The position numbers and the translations under genes were made by a program. Shown one piece after another: positions 28,680-39,402 of a DNA stretch of 50,237 nucleotides; the stretch's first letter is position 1; the number at the start of each line of letters is the position of its first letter. The notes under the pieces are model-generated. The model was not told the origin of the DNA. It searched no databases and saw only the letters and a program-made list of their open reading frames with translations. The stretch spans positions 1 to 50,237 of the forward strand of contig JANMRE010000296.1 in the NCBI GenBank assembly GCA_031370885.1, read 5' to 3'. Source of the stretch: Gemmatimonadaceae bacterium. Lineage in GTDB: Bacteria; Gemmatimonadota; Gemmatimonadetes; Gemmatimonadales; Gemmatimonadaceae.

Positions 28680-29942
28680 ATGTCCCACGACAAGCACCTG
28701 CGCTGCTCATTCTGCGGAAAATCCAAGGACGCGGTCCGGAAGTTCATCTCCGGACCCTCGGTCTACATCTGCAACGAGTGCATTGCGCTCTGCAACGAGA
28801 TCCTGGCGGAGGACGAAGATCGGGAGGTCGCGGAAGCGATCACCCAGGTTCCCACACCGCGCGAGATCAAGGGTATTCTCGACCAGTACGTGATTGGGCA
28901 GGAGCTTGCCAAGAAGGCGCTCGCCGTGGCCGTCTACAACCACTACAAGCGCATCAATGCCGCCAGTTCGGCACGCGAAGACGATGTCGAGTTGGATAAG
29001 TCGAACATCCTGCTGATCGGCCCCACCGGTGTCGGCAAAACGCTCTTGGCGCAAACGCTCGCTCGCATTCTCGATGTGCCGTTTACCATCGCCGATGCCA
29101 CCACACTTACCGAAGCCGGCTACGTCGGTGAAGACGTAGAGAACATTCTCGTGCGCTTGCTGCAGGCGGGTGACTTCAACGTCGCCGAATGCGAGCGCGG
29201 CATTGTGTACATCGACGAAATCGACAAGATCGCCCGCAAGTCCGAGAATCCGTCCATCACGCGCGACGTGTCGGGTGAGGGTGTGCAGCAGGCGCTGCTC
29301 AAGATTCTCGAGGGCACCGTGGCCAGCGTTCCCCCGCAGGGTGGTCGCAAGCATCCACAGCAGGAGTACATCCAGATCAACACGAAGGACATTCTGTTCA
29401 TCTGCGGTGGTGCGTTCGATGGCCTCGAAAAAATCATTGAGGCGCGCACCGGACGACGCCAGATCGGATTCGGCGACGAGAAAGGCGATGGCAAGGTGAC
29501 GCCCATCAAACAGACCACTGCCAAGACGCCGTTTGCCGAGGTCGAGCCCGATGACCTGCTCCGGTTCGGCATTATCCCCGAACTCGTGGGTCGACTACCG
29601 GTGTGTGTGCCGCTCGAAGCGCTTGACGAAGATACGTTGGTACAAATCCTCAAAGAGCCGAAAAACGCGCTCACCAAACAGTACCAGCGGCTGTTTGACC
29701 TCGAAGACGTGAAGATCACCTTCGAGGAAACCGCGTTACGTGCGATTGCCGCCAGAGCGCTCAAACGTGGAACAGGCGCCCGTGGATTGCGGGCCATCCT
29801 CGAAGAAACGTTACTCGACACAATGTTCGACTTGCCCACCCGTGACGATGTCGTCGAGGTCAGGGTGACGGAAGCGTCGGTGCAGCACGGCGGTGCGCCG
29901 CTTCTCGAAATCGCGCCCAAGCGACAGAAGAAGGAAGCCTGA
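28680..29942 (+). CDS. clpX: ATP-dependent Clp protease ATPase subunit ClpX
   Basis: CSFCGK...CNEC zinc domain, [33 protein letters not shown] loop. Confidence 0.98.
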   Translation: MSHDKHLRCSFCGKSKDAVRKFISGPSVYICNECIALCNEILAEDEDREVAEAITQVPTPREIKGILDQYVIGQELAKKALAVAVYNHYKRINAASSAREDDVELDKSNILLIGPTGVGKTLLAQTLARILDVPFTIADATTLTEAGYVGEDVENILVRLLQAGDFNVAECERGIVYIDEIDKIARKSENPSITRDVSGEGVQQALLKILEGTVASVPPQGGRKHPQQEYIQINTKDILFICGGAFDGLEKIIEARTGRRQIGFGDEKGDGKVTPIKQTTAKTPFAEVEPDDLLRFGIIPELVGRLPVCVPLEALDEDTLVQILKEPKNALTKQYQRLFDLEDVKITFEETALRAIAARALKRGTGARGLRAILEETLLDTMFDLPTRDDVVEVRVTEASVQHGGAPLLEIAPKRQKKEA

Positions 29943-32365
29943 GTCCCCGTCGCGCCCCGACGATCGGTCCGAAGCGCACCCGTGAGCGCCTGCCGGTCCT
30001 GCCGCTTCGTGACGTGGTCCTGTTCCCCCACGTCGCCATGCCCCTGCTTATTGGCCGTGCCGGTTCGCTCGCTGCCGTCGCCGAGGCCACTGGAGGGGAG
30101 GGATCGAAGGAACTGCTGATCGTCACCCAACGCTCGGCGGACGTGCACACACCAACCGCCGCCGATCTGCATCGCATCGGTGTCGTGGGACGTCTGCAGC
30201 AGGTGACCCGACTGACGGGTGGCACCACCAAGATCCTGATCGAAGGACTGACGCGGGTGAAAGTGCGGCGTTTTGCAACCGCGAAGGGCAGCCCGTTGTT
30301 CGAAGCCACGGTCGCTCCTTTCCCACTCGAGAACACCGCCAACGAAACAACGCACGCCCGTGTGCGTCACGCGATGACGCTGTTCGAAGAGTATGCGGGG
30401 CTCCAGCGTCGACTTCCTCCGGAGGTGGTCGGCCTGTTGCAGGGATTGGATGACGAGGAGCGGGTGGCGTTTGGCATTGCCGCGCATCTGCAGGTTACCA
30501 TCGAGCAACGACAGCATCTCCTCGAATCGCCCACGCTCGATGCGTTGAGCGATCGCCTCGTGCAGATCCTGGGCAGCGAGATCGAATTACTGAAGCTTGA
30601 GCGAAAGATCGACGAGCAGGTGCGCGGCTCGCTGTTCCAGAATCAGCGAGAGTTTTTCCTTCAGGAGCAACTGCGGGCGATTCATCGGGAGCTGGGCCAG
30701 GACGAGGGCGACGAAAGCGAAGAGATGACCCGCCAGATCACCGCGCGGGGCTTGCCTGAACCGATCGCCCTGCGCGCCCAGCGCGAACTGCGCAAGCTGC
30801 GACGCACATCGCCGATGTCACCTGATGCTGCGGTTGCCCGTGGCTGGCTGGATTGGGTCCTCGGCCTGCCGTGGACCGCGCGCAGCGACGACACCATTGA
30901 TCTCGAGCACGCGCGCACGGTGTTGGACGGCGATCATTATGGCCTTGAGGAAGTGAAAGACCGCATCCTCGACTACATCGCCGTGTTGGGAAAAGTCGGC
31001 GCGATTCGCGGACCCATACTCTGTTTGGTGGGCCCCCCTGGCGTGGGCAAAACGTCGTTGGGTCGTTCCATTGCGCAGGCTCTCGGCCGTCGGTTTGTGC
31101 GGATGGCGCTCGGCGGCGTGCGCGACGAAGCGGAGATCCGCGGACACCGGCGCACGTACATCGGGGCCATGCCCGGTCGCATCCTTCAGGCCATGCGGCG
31201 GGCGGAGACGGTTAACCCGGTCATCTTGCTGGACGAAGTTGATAAGCTGGGCAGCGACTGGCGCGGCGATCCTGCGTCCGCGCTGCTGGAAGTGCTCGAT
31301 CCCGAACAGCATCACGCGTTCAACGATCACTATCTGGAGGTGGACTACGACCTGTCTCAGGTGCTGTTCATCACCACCGCAAACACCATCGGGTCGATCC
31401 CGGAGGCGCTGCGCGATCGCATGGAGATCATCCGGCTTCCCGGCTATCTCGAACCGGAAAAACTCGCCATCGCGCGTCGATTCCTGCTGCCGCGCCAACT
31501 CACGGCGCATGGCATCAGCCCTGATCTGGTGGAGATTGCGCCCGAGGTGCTGACGGCCGTAATTCGCGGGTGGACCAAGGAAGCCGGTGTCCGCGACCTC
31601 GAACGTCGGGTGGGGCGTTTGGCGCGAAAAATTGCCCGTCACTCGTTAAGCGGGTCGACAGCCGGCAGCAAAGTCGCGGGCGTTACCGTGATCAGCCGTG
31701 ACGACTTGCCTGGTATGCTCGGTCCCGCACCGCATGATCCAGATGAGTTGTTGCTGATCGATCAGGTTGGTGTGGCCGCAGGGCTCGCCTACACGAGCGT
31801 GGGCGGTGAATTGATGGAGATCGAAGTGAGCGTGGTTCCGGGTCGTGGGCGACTGCAGTTGACCGGCACACTGGGCGATGTGATCAAGGAGTCGGCGGCG
31901 GCGGCCCTGAGCTTCTTGCGCTCGCGCGCACCACAGCTGGGGCTCGCGCCCGACTTTCATCGCACCCGCGATATTCATGTGCACTTGCCCTCAGGAGCGA
32001 CACCGAAAGACGGTCCGTCGGCCGGCATTGCCATGGCGACTGCCCTTGCCAGTGCCCTCACTGGTATTCCGGTTCGTGGCGACGTGGCGATGACGGGCGA
32101 AGTGACATTGCGTGGGCGCGTCCTGCCCATTGGCGGACTGCGGGAGAAAGCCGTGGCAGCACACCGCTATCACATTGCGCATGTGATCGTGCCGCACGGC
32201 AATTACAAGGACCTTGCCGAACTGCCTGAGAACGTACGGGCCGCCATCACTTGGCACCCCGTGCGCACCATGGACGAGGTGCTGGCGCTTGCACTCCGCA
32301 CGCCGATCGCGGTACATCGCATCGACGTCACTACGGTTGTTGACCGTCCGGACCGACCGACGTGA
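29939..32365 (+). CDS. lon: Lon protease (start probably CTG 29939; first conventional start is GTG 30014)
   Basis: [14 protein letters not shown]-motif, [30 protein letters not shown] (Ser), IGGLREK (Lys). Confidence 0.96.
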   Translation: MSPRRAPTIGPKRTRERLPVLPLRDVVLFPHVAMPLLIGRAGSLAAVAEATGGEGSKELLIVTQRSADVHTPTAADLHRIGVVGRLQQVTRLTGGTTKILIEGLTRVKVRRFATAKGSPLFEATVAPFPLENTANETTHARVRHAMTLFEEYAGLQRRLPPEVVGLLQGLDDEERVAFGIAAHLQVTIEQRQHLLESPTLDALSDRLVQILGSEIELLKLERKIDEQVRGSLFQNQREFFLQEQLRAIHRELGQDEGDESEEMTRQITARGLPEPIALRAQRELRKLRRTSPMSPDAAVARGWLDWVLGLPWTARSDDTIDLEHARTVLDGDHYGLEEVKDRILDYIAVLGKVGAIRGPILCLVGPPGVGKTSLGRSIAQALGRRFVRMALGGVRDEAEIRGHRRTYIGAMPGRILQAMRRAETVNPVILLDEVDKLGSDWRGDPASALLEVLDPEQHHAFNDHYLEVDYDLSQVLFITTANTIGSIPEALRDRMEIIRLPGYLEPEKLAIARRFLLPRQLTAHGISPDLVEIAPEVLTAVIRGWTKEAGVRDLERRVGRLARKIARHSLSGSTAGSKVAGVTVISRDDLPGMLGPAPHDPDELLLIDQVGVAAGLAYTSVGGELMEIEVSVVPGRGRLQLTGTLGDVIKESAAAALSFLRSRAPQLGLAPDFHRTRDIHVHLPSGATPKDGPSAGIAMATALASALTGIPVRGDVAMTGEVTLRGRVLPIGGLREKAVAAHRYHIAHVIVPHGNYKDLAELPENVRAAITWHPVRTMDEVLALALRTPIAVHRIDVTTVVDRPDRPT

Positions 32366-33003
32366 CCGACGATCCGCTCGTCATTCGATACCTGGAATAC
32401 CTTGGGCCGATGGCGACAAAGGAAGGATGGAAGCCTGAGAATGTGCTTCCGGAAATCGCGTTTGCCGGACGCTCGAATGTCGGAAAGTCGTCGTTGCTCA
32501 ACCGTCTGATGCGCCGCAAGTCGTTTGCGCGGGTCAGCAATACCCCCGGACGCACGCGCGAGATACACTTTTTCAACGTCAACCGCACCTTTGTGCTGGC
32601 GGATTTGCCGGGATATGGGTACGCCCGCATTTCGAAAGCACGAAAGGCCGAGTGGCAACCCCTGATTGAGGGGTATTTGTCGGAGAGCAGTCACTTGCGC
32701 GGCGTGGTGTTGCTGCTGGACGTCCGACGTTATCCCACCAACGACGACCGGGTGATGTTGGATTTCCTGGCGGATCTGGGGGTACCAACCATTCTGGCCG
32801 CCACCAAAGTGGACAAACTGCCTGCTGCAGACGTCGCCGCGCGGATTGCGGCGTTGGCCACAGCCGTCGGCGCGGATGCTGACCAGATTGTGGCGTTCAG
32901 TGCCACCACCGGCCGTGGTCGCGATGAACTCGCCGCAGCGCTGATGGTCCTGTTGGCGCAGCCGGGTTTGCCGTCGAAGGTCTCGTATGACCAGCACTCA
33001 TGA
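32362..33003 (+). CDS. engB: GTP-binding protein EngB/YihA
   Basis: [25 protein letters not shown]; follows lon with a GTGA overlap. Confidence 0.95.
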   Translation: MTDDPLVIRYLEYLGPMATKEGWKPENVLPEIAFAGRSNVGKSSLLNRLMRRKSFARVSNTPGRTREIHFFNVNRTFVLADLPGYGYARISKARKAEWQPLIEGYLSESSHLRGVVLLLDVRRYPTNDDRVMLDFLADLGVPTILAATKVDKLPAADVAARIAALATAVGADADQIVAFSATTGRGRDELAAALMVLLAQPGLPSKVSYDQHS

Positions 33004-33704
33004 CTTTAGCCAGGAGGCGCTCAATGCGAACCGCGCTGGGTAAACTGCAATGGCTTGCCGTGCTGGTGTTCACGGTCGCGTGTGCGTCGGGCCAATCGGC
33101 AACCGCTCAGGTGCCCCCAGCTGGACAGGCGGGAACCGCAGGCGACACGCTCGACCCGAATTTCGTGCCGGCTGGCTTCGGCTCACTCAAGCAGGACGAC
33201 ATTGCGCTCAAAGTAGCGCCATCGTCCGGGCTGCAGGTTAAGGCCATCCCGTTGGACGAACGCATCATTCGCCTGCTCGCTCCCGACTCGTATCGGGCAC
33301 TGCGTGACGTCGTCTCCAGCAAACAGCAAGCCCTGCTCGCGGTAAAAGAACGCAATCGCCTGCCATCCTACTCGCTCTGGTACGTCAGTTTTTTTGCGCT
33401 CGAGCAAGGCGAGACACGTTTTTCGCCGCAGGAATTCATCATCAGCAATACCGGCCGGGATTTCCGTCCGCTGGATGTGATTCCACTCAGTGCAGGATTC
33501 GGTCAATACCGACTGCGTCAGCGAGAAATACAGTGGGCCTTATTCGTGTTTGATGGACAGATCGACGTGAACCAGCCCACGACGGCGATGATGGAGGGCA
33601 CACCCAGTGTCACCGACTGGGGTCGCGTGTTGCAGGCAATCGAGCGCGAGCGCGCCCTGGTACGCAGTCGCGCCGCTGGGACCACTGTAAAGAGTAGGAA
33701 GTAG
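33000..33704 (+). CDS. Hypothetical lipoprotein
   Basis: Hydrophobic leader with TVA-C; ATGA overlap with engB (alternative ATG at 33024). Confidence 0.7.
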   Translation: MTLARRRSMRTALGKLQWLAVLVFTVACASGQSATAQVPPAGQAGTAGDTLDPNFVPAGFGSLKQDDIALKVAPSSGLQVKAIPLDERIIRLLAPDSYRALRDVVSSKQQALLAVKERNRLPSYSLWYVSFFALEQGETRFSPQEFIISNTGRDFRPLDVIPLSAGFGQYRLRQREIQWALFVFDGQIDVNQPTTAMMEGTPSVTDWGRVLQAIERERALVRSRAAGTTVKSRK

Positions 33705-33747
33705 GAAGTCGGCAGTCGGCAGTACTCATTAACAGAGTACTCAGTAC
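33691..33747. repeat. Composite repeat, half copy 2
   Basis: AGAGTAGGAAGTAGGAAGTCGGCAGTCGGCAGTACTCATTAACAGAGTACTCAGTAC closely matches the reverse complement of the right arm of the 43.4-kb copy. Confidence 0.85.
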
Positions 33748-34262
33748 ACCCGCAGTACGTCCTCAGCGGCGCCCGCGTCTCCACTGCGTAGCAGATGCAT
33801 GGCGTAGCGAACAGCTTGATGTTCACGCGGCCAGGCCAGCATTTTCGCCGCAGCGCCCGGCGAACGCCACGCGCTGTCGTCGTGCTCGAATCCCAGCACC
33901 ACGTCGGCGTCGGCCGTCACGACTGCGGCAAAAACAATTGCCAACTGTACGGTGTCGCTCTGGTGAAGGTAGAACGGGTTCACGGTAAGGTTGTACAGCC
34001 GTTCGACGGCCAGACCGGTCTCCTCCCGGACCTCACGCCGCGCCGCGTCGGCCGGCCGTTCACCGGCTCCGATACTGCCGTGAACGAGTTCCCAAGCGCC
34101 GGTACAGCGAACACCGGGCGCACGGCGCAGGGTCAGCACACGCCATGGATCACCGCGGCCGCTTCGCGGCCCCACCCTCGTCACAACCGGCGCAGGCGCG
34201 AGGACGACAACATCCACTACCCCGGTATCAATTCGCGTGGTACGGCCGTCGAGTGATCGCAT
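33741..34262 (-). CDS. NUDIX hydrolase (NudB-like)
   Basis: Nudix box GSIGAGERPADAARREVREETGL, upstream WELV, downstream EHDDSAW. Confidence 0.88.
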   Translation of the reverse strand: MRSLDGRTTRIDTGVVDVVVLAPAPVVTRVGPRSGRGDPWRVLTLRRAPGVRCTGAWELVHGSIGAGERPADAARREVREETGLAVERLYNLTVNPFYLHQSDTVQLAIVFAAVVTADADVVLGFEHDDSAWRSPGAAAKMLAWPREHQAVRYAMHLLRSGDAGAAEDVLRVY

Positions 34263-34375
34263 GGGCCAATGCTACCGGTGCGCTTGCCTCAGTGCGAGTA
34301 CGGGAGCGAACTTGCTGACGGCCGCGCCGCCTTGCCGAACACCTCCCGACCCGTGGTCCTCTTGTCTCATCGCCC

Positions 34376-35911
34376 GTGACCACCTTTGTCGACTTTCTGG
34401 CGCGCGCCGCGCCCTGCCGCTCCAATGGCGGGTTGGTGCCCGTCTGGCGTGACTGCCTGCTCGACCAGTGTACTCCGGTAGCGGCGTACGCCAAGCTGCG
34501 TCGCGGGCCATTCGGATTCCTGTTGGAATCCGCACCGGCCGGTGGTGAGACGTGGGCGCGCTATACTTACCTCGGCACCGAGCCTCGCGGCGCGTGGCGC
34601 CTCCGGGATGGCGTCATTGAGGACTGGAATCCGGAACGCGGCTGGCACGGTGCGCGCACACCGCTCGATCCCATCGTGGATTTGCGCAACATTGTACGCG
34701 ACATGCGACCGGTCGACGCCCCGGATCTCGGTCCGTTCTGGAGCGGCGCGGTTGGTTTCTTTGCGTACGACGTGGTGCGGCATATTGAGCGGCTGCCACA
34801 CGCACCGCCGCGCACACTCAATGCACCGGATGCGTGTTTTGTTTTCACCGATGCGTTGGTGGTCATCGACAACTGGCGCGGTCAGGCGCGGGTGATCGTG
34901 TCCGTGCCGGTTCCGGGAAACGCGACCGACGCGTACCTGCATCAACAATTCCAGCGCGCCGTCGCGACCCTCGACGACACCACGGCCCGGTTGCATGGCC
35001 CGGACGTGCTGGAACCGCTCTCCCTCGACGCCACCGCTCCGGCGGCCGTGCCAACGTCACGCTACTCACGCGAGGCCTTCCAGCAGGATGTCGCTCGCAT
35101 CAAGGAATACATTCTGGCTGGCGACGTGTTTCAGGTATTGCTGGCGCGTCGTATGGAGCTGCTCCTCGATTTCAGTCCGACGTCGCTGTATCGCGCGCTC
35201 CGCGCACTCAATCCGTCGCCGTACATGTACCATCTGGTACTGGACGGTCTGGAGTTGGTGGGCAGTTCGCCCGAATTACTGGTGCGTGTTGCCGACGGAC
35301 GTATCACTGTGCGCCCCATCGCCGGCACGCGTCCGCGCGGACGAACCGCCGATGAGGATCAGGCGCTCGCCGCCGAGTTGCTTGCCGACGAGAAGGAACG
35401 CGCGGAGCATGTGATGCTCGTTGACCTGGGACGCAACGATGTGGGTCGTCTCGCGCGTTATGGCACCGTGCGCGTCACCGACCTCATGACCATCGAGCGT
35501 TATTCGCATGTGTTTCATATTGTCAGTCAGGTGGAAGGCGAACTGTCGGACGGTTCCAGTGCGCTGGATGCCTTCCGCGCCGTTTTCCCCGCCGGTACCA
35601 TGACCGGGGCACCCAAGGTCCGTGCGATGGAAATCATCGACGAGCTCGAACCCGAGCGCCGTGGCCCGTACGCGGGTGCCCTCGGCTTTATCGGCGCCGG
35701 GGATACACGCATGGACCTCGCCATCACCATCCGCACCTGCGTGATCGCCGATGGCGTAGCGTCGGTGCAAGCCGGTGGTGGGATCGTGCACGACTCCGTG
35801 CCGGAACGGGAGTGGGAGGAGACCGAAAACAAGGCGCGTGCGCTCCTCACGGCGATCGGGCGTGTTCGTGCCGCCCAGTTGGCGGCGGCACCCGTGTCCG
35901 AGACCCTCTGA
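34376..35911 (+). CDS. trpE: Anthranilate synthase component I
   Basis: FLLES, NPSPYMY, GSSPE, PIAGTRPRG, KERAEHVMLVDLGRND, PAGTMTGAPK. LLES and NPSPYM favour TrpE over PabB. Confidence 0.85.
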   Translation: MTTFVDFLARAAPCRSNGGLVPVWRDCLLDQCTPVAAYAKLRRGPFGFLLESAPAGGETWARYTYLGTEPRGAWRLRDGVIEDWNPERGWHGARTPLDPIVDLRNIVRDMRPVDAPDLGPFWSGAVGFFAYDVVRHIERLPHAPPRTLNAPDACFVFTDALVVIDNWRGQARVIVSVPVPGNATDAYLHQQFQRAVATLDDTTARLHGPDVLEPLSLDATAPAAVPTSRYSREAFQQDVARIKEYILAGDVFQVLLARRMELLLDFSPTSLYRALRALNPSPYMYHLVLDGLELVGSSPELLVRVADGRITVRPIAGTRPRGRTADEDQALAAELLADEKERAEHVMLVDLGRNDVGRLARYGTVRVTDLMTIERYSHVFHIVSQVEGELSDGSSALDAFRAVFPAGTMTGAPKVRAMEIIDELEPERRGPYAGALGFIGAGDTRMDLAITIRTCVIADGVASVQAGGGIVHDSVPEREWEETENKARALLTAIGRVRAAQLAAAPVSETL

Positions 35912-35913
35912 CC

Positions 35914-37449
35914 ATGCCATTCGTGCTGATTTCGACGGCCGGCGACCGACGGTTTGCGTTGGAGCGCGATGCCACGGTGGTGGCCGGTCGTGACATCACC
36001 TGCGAGATTCCGATACTCGATCCCGGTGTGTCGCGTCGGCACTCCGAGCTGCGTGCGGCGGCGAAACGTGTTGCGATCACCGACCTCGACTCACGGAACG
36101 GTACCTGGGTCAACGGGACGCGAGTGGTGCGGGCGGATGCGCGCGCCGGTGATGTCATTGCGTTTGGCACGGTCGCGTTCATCCTGCTCGAAGAGGCGGA
36201 GGCCCGGAAACGACCGACCGTCGCCGGTTCGGCGCTCGATGGCTCCGCGACGGTGGTCGTCGAGCGCGCCGTGCCATCCCGTGACGTCGCGGTCGCCGAA
36301 GTCGCCGGTCAGCGGTTGGCCAAGTTGGTCACGTTGGCGCAGCGATTGGGCGGACTCACCAGCGTCGAGCAGTTGTTGCCCATCATTGTCGATGATCTGT
36401 TCGGTGCGTTCACCGCAGACCGTGTGGCGGTGCTGCTGCGCGATGCACAGGGCGACATGGAAATTCGCCTCGCGCGCGACGCGCACGGCGGCGACGTTGC
36501 GCGAACGGTTCCTCGCGCCATCGTCAACGGGGTCGCTGAACGACAGGTCGCCCTGCTCACGCACGACGCGCGCGAAGACATCCGCACCGCTGGCGACTCG
36601 GTGTCCCAACAGGCCGTCCGGTCGGCGATGGCTGCACCCCTTATTGGTGACGCTCACCTGACGCTTGGCGTGGTGTACGTCGACAATTTGCGCAGCCCCA
36701 GCGCGTTCACCGACGACGATCTGCATTTTCTCGTGGCCTTTGCCGGAATTGCGTCGGCCGCAGTCGAGCGTGAGGCAGCGACCTCACGCCTCCAACACGC
36801 CGCGCACGTCCGCGCAAACTTTGAGCGCTACTTTTCTCCGCAGTTGGCGGAACGTATCGCGTCAACCGCCGGGTCGATGGCGTTGGGCGGCCACCGTCAG
36901 CACGTGGTGGTGCTGTTCAGTGACATCCGAGGTTTCACCGCCATCGCAGAATCGCTCCCACCACTCGCCATGGCGGCACAGCTCAACGAGTACTTTGGCG
37001 CGATGGTGGAGTGCGTGTTCGAGCACGACGGCGCCCTCGACAAGTTCATCGGCGACGCGCTGTTGGCGTACTGGGGAGCGCCGACGCCGCGGCCTGACGA
37101 TGCGACGCGCGCCCTGCGTGCCGCGCAGGCGATGCGTCTGGCCGTACACACGCTCAATGCGCGCTGGCGCGACGAAGGCCGCCCCGAATTGCACGTCGGT
37201 ATCGCGGTGCATTGCGGCGACGCGTTTGTTGGGAATATCGGCTCGCCGCGCCGTCTGGAGTACACGCTTATCGGTGACACGGTGAACCTCACCAACAAGC
37301 TGTGTGGGCTCGCGCGCGGCGACGAAATCCTCGTGAGCGACACCCTGCGCGAGGCACTTGGTCACGATACCAGTGTGTCGGAGCGAACGGATATTGTACC
37401 CGAACGGCGCGCCGGAACCGCGATGCGCGTGTGGGAGGTCCCTCTGTGA
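35914..37449 (+). CDS. FHA-GAF-class III adenylate cyclase
   Basis: FHA (GR...VSRRH...SRNGTWVNG), GAF (VRSAMAAPL...GVVYVDN...FTDDDL), cyclase (FSDIRGFT, DKFIGDA, YTLIGDTVN). Confidence 0.9.
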   Translation: MPFVLISTAGDRRFALERDATVVAGRDITCEIPILDPGVSRRHSELRAAAKRVAITDLDSRNGTWVNGTRVVRADARAGDVIAFGTVAFILLEEAEARKRPTVAGSALDGSATVVVERAVPSRDVAVAEVAGQRLAKLVTLAQRLGGLTSVEQLLPIIVDDLFGAFTADRVAVLLRDAQGDMEIRLARDAHGGDVARTVPRAIVNGVAERQVALLTHDAREDIRTAGDSVSQQAVRSAMAAPLIGDAHLTLGVVYVDNLRSPSAFTDDDLHFLVAFAGIASAAVEREAATSRLQHAAHVRANFERYFSPQLAERIASTAGSMALGGHRQHVVVLFSDIRGFTAIAESLPPLAMAAQLNEYFGAMVECVFEHDGALDKFIGDALLAYWGAPTPRPDDATRALRAAQAMRLAVHTLNARWRDEGRPELHVGIAVHCGDAFVGNIGSPRRLEYTLIGDTVNLTNKLCGLARGDEILVSDTLREALGHDTSVSERTDIVPERRAGTAMRVWEVPL

Positions 37450-38279
37450 CGAGGTCACCGGGCTCCCCGACGGAAGCGAACGTCGGCGAGGCGCCTCGCC
37501 CGGTTGGGGCGGTCCTCGAAACTCGCTTTCTGAAGCGTGCCGAAGTGTCCGCCGTGCCAACTCTCGTCGACACGCTGGCGACGTTGATTGACGCGCACGG
37601 AACGCTCTATGACTGGGCGGCCGATCAGCCACAGCCGCGGGCATTGCGTGGCCGTGCGCCCGTGTTTGTCGCCGCGCTGCCCGACTCGCGTGGGCTGGTG
37701 GTGATACGACACGCCTGGCACGGCGGTCTGCTCGCTCCCATCACCGGCGATCGATTCCGCGGCACCAGCCGCGCCGCGCGCGAATTCATCACGTCGGCCA
37801 CGTTGCGCGCCATCGGCATTCCCACCACCGACGTGCTCGGATTCGCGACGTACCGTGCGGGTTTTGGCTTCCGTCGCGTCGATGTGATTTCGCGATTCGT
37901 GGCCGACGCGTTCGACCTCGGCATGATCGTGGCCGGACTTGTTCCCGCCGTTGGGTGCAACGAGGCACTGGCGGCAACGCATACCTTGCTGGTGCGCCTG
38001 GCGGCCGCCGGCGTGGTGCATCCCGACCTCAACGTCAAGAATGTCTTGCTCACGCGTGGGTCGGCTGGCGACTTAACGGCCATGATGATCGATGTCGACG
38101 TGGTCCGCTTGCACACCGGCCTGACGCCTGCGGACACCATGCACGCGAATGTGGCGCGACTGTCCCGCTCCATACGAAAGTGGCGGGCACGCTTCGGGTG
38201 CGACATCACCGATGCGACGGTGGAGCAGTTTGCCCGCACGGCGCTCGCGTCGACGTCGTCGATCCGCAGCGATGACTGA
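37446..38279 (+). CDS. Lipopolysaccharide kinase, Kdo/WaaP family (KdkA-like)
   Basis: RHAWHGGL, RAAREF, HPDLNVKNVL, MIDVD; adjacent to a GT9. Confidence 0.8.
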   Translation: MTRSPGSPTEANVGEAPRPVGAVLETRFLKRAEVSAVPTLVDTLATLIDAHGTLYDWAADQPQPRALRGRAPVFVAALPDSRGLVVIRHAWHGGLLAPITGDRFRGTSRAAREFITSATLRAIGIPTTDVLGFATYRAGFGFRRVDVISRFVADAFDLGMIVAGLVPAVGCNEALAATHTLLVRLAAAGVVHPDLNVKNVLLTRGSAGDLTAMMIDVDVVRLHTGLTPADTMHANVARLSRSIRKWRARFGCDITDATVEQFARTALASTSSIRSDD

Positions 38280-39402
38280 CGGGCGCATTGCCGCATCGGC
38301 GTTTCCACCGGCCCGCCTCCACCGCATCGCCATTGTGATGATGAGTGCCGTGGGTGATGCGGTGCATGTCATGCCCCTCGTGCATGCGCTGAAGGCGCAC
38401 ACACCGACCAGCACCATCAGCTGGGTGCTGCAGCCCGGACCCGCCGCGCTGGTCCGGGGCCATCCCCTGATCGATGAGATCATTCCGTTCGATCGTCATC
38501 GTGGGTGGCGCGCATTCCGGGACGTGCGTCGCGCGCTGTCCGATCAGCATTTCGATGTCGTGCTCGCGCTGCAGGTGTACTTCAAGGCCGGACTCATCAC
38601 GTCGTTCACGCGGAGTCCGATCAAACTGGGTTTCGATCGGGCGCGAGCGCGCGACCTGAACGCGCTGTTTACGACACACCGCATCCCGCCGCACCAGGGC
38701 CAGCACGTACAGGATCAGTACTTTGAATTCCTTGATGCCCTCGGCGTGCCGCACGCCCCGCCCGCGTGGACACTGGGTCCCTGGAACACACAGGAGCGTC
38801 AATGGCAGCACCAGTTCCTGTCGCAGTTCGACCGACCCATCGCGCCAATCGTGATCGCCACGAGCAAGGCGGAGAAGGACTGGATGCCGGAGCGCTGGGC
38901 GCGCGTCTGTCATCTGTTGTGGGATGAGTTTGGGCTGCAGCCGGTTCTCGTAGGTGGACAGTCCGCGCGCGAGCGTGCGGCCGAGGCGATCATTCTGCGT
39001 GATGCGCCGATGGCCCATTCGGCATTGGGCAGCGGTCTGCGCCCACTGGCGGCCATTCTCGATGGAGCGGCGGTCGCGCTCTCGCCCGATACCGGACCGC
39101 TGCATCTGGCCGTGGCGCTGCGCACACCCGTGATCGGCCTGATGGGATACACCAACCCCAAGCGCGTCGGTCCGTACGACTACGCGAAGGATCTGCTTAT
39201 CGATGCGTACGGCGATCCCGGTGAGGACTACGCATTGGACATGAGCTACCGGAAGGACCGCATGACGCGCATCACCGTAAACGATGTACACGCGATGCTG
39301 GTGCGATGGCGGGCGCTGTACGCTGCGGCGAGACTGGAGAAACTTGGGATCGGACGATCGTCTGGAAACATCACTGGCGATATGAACCAGGTGCCCGGTT
39401 AG
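38272..39402 (+). CDS. Glycosyltransferase family 9 (heptosyltransferase-like)
   Basis: SAVGDAVH, KDW, PDTGPLHLAVAL. Confidence 0.9.
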   Translation: MTDGRIAASAFPPARLHRIAIVMMSAVGDAVHVMPLVHALKAHTPTSTISWVLQPGPAALVRGHPLIDEIIPFDRHRGWRAFRDVRRALSDQHFDVVLALQVYFKAGLITSFTRSPIKLGFDRARARDLNALFTTHRIPPHQGQHVQDQYFEFLDALGVPHAPPAWTLGPWNTQERQWQHQFLSQFDRPIAPIVIATSKAEKDWMPERWARVCHLLWDEFGLQPVLVGGQSARERAAEAIILRDAPMAHSALGSGLRPLAAILDGAAVALSPDTGPLHLAVALRTPVIGLMGYTNPKRVGPYDYAKDLLIDAYGDPGEDYALDMSYRKDRMTRITVNDVHAMLVRWRALYAAARLEKLGIGRSSGNITGDMNQVPG

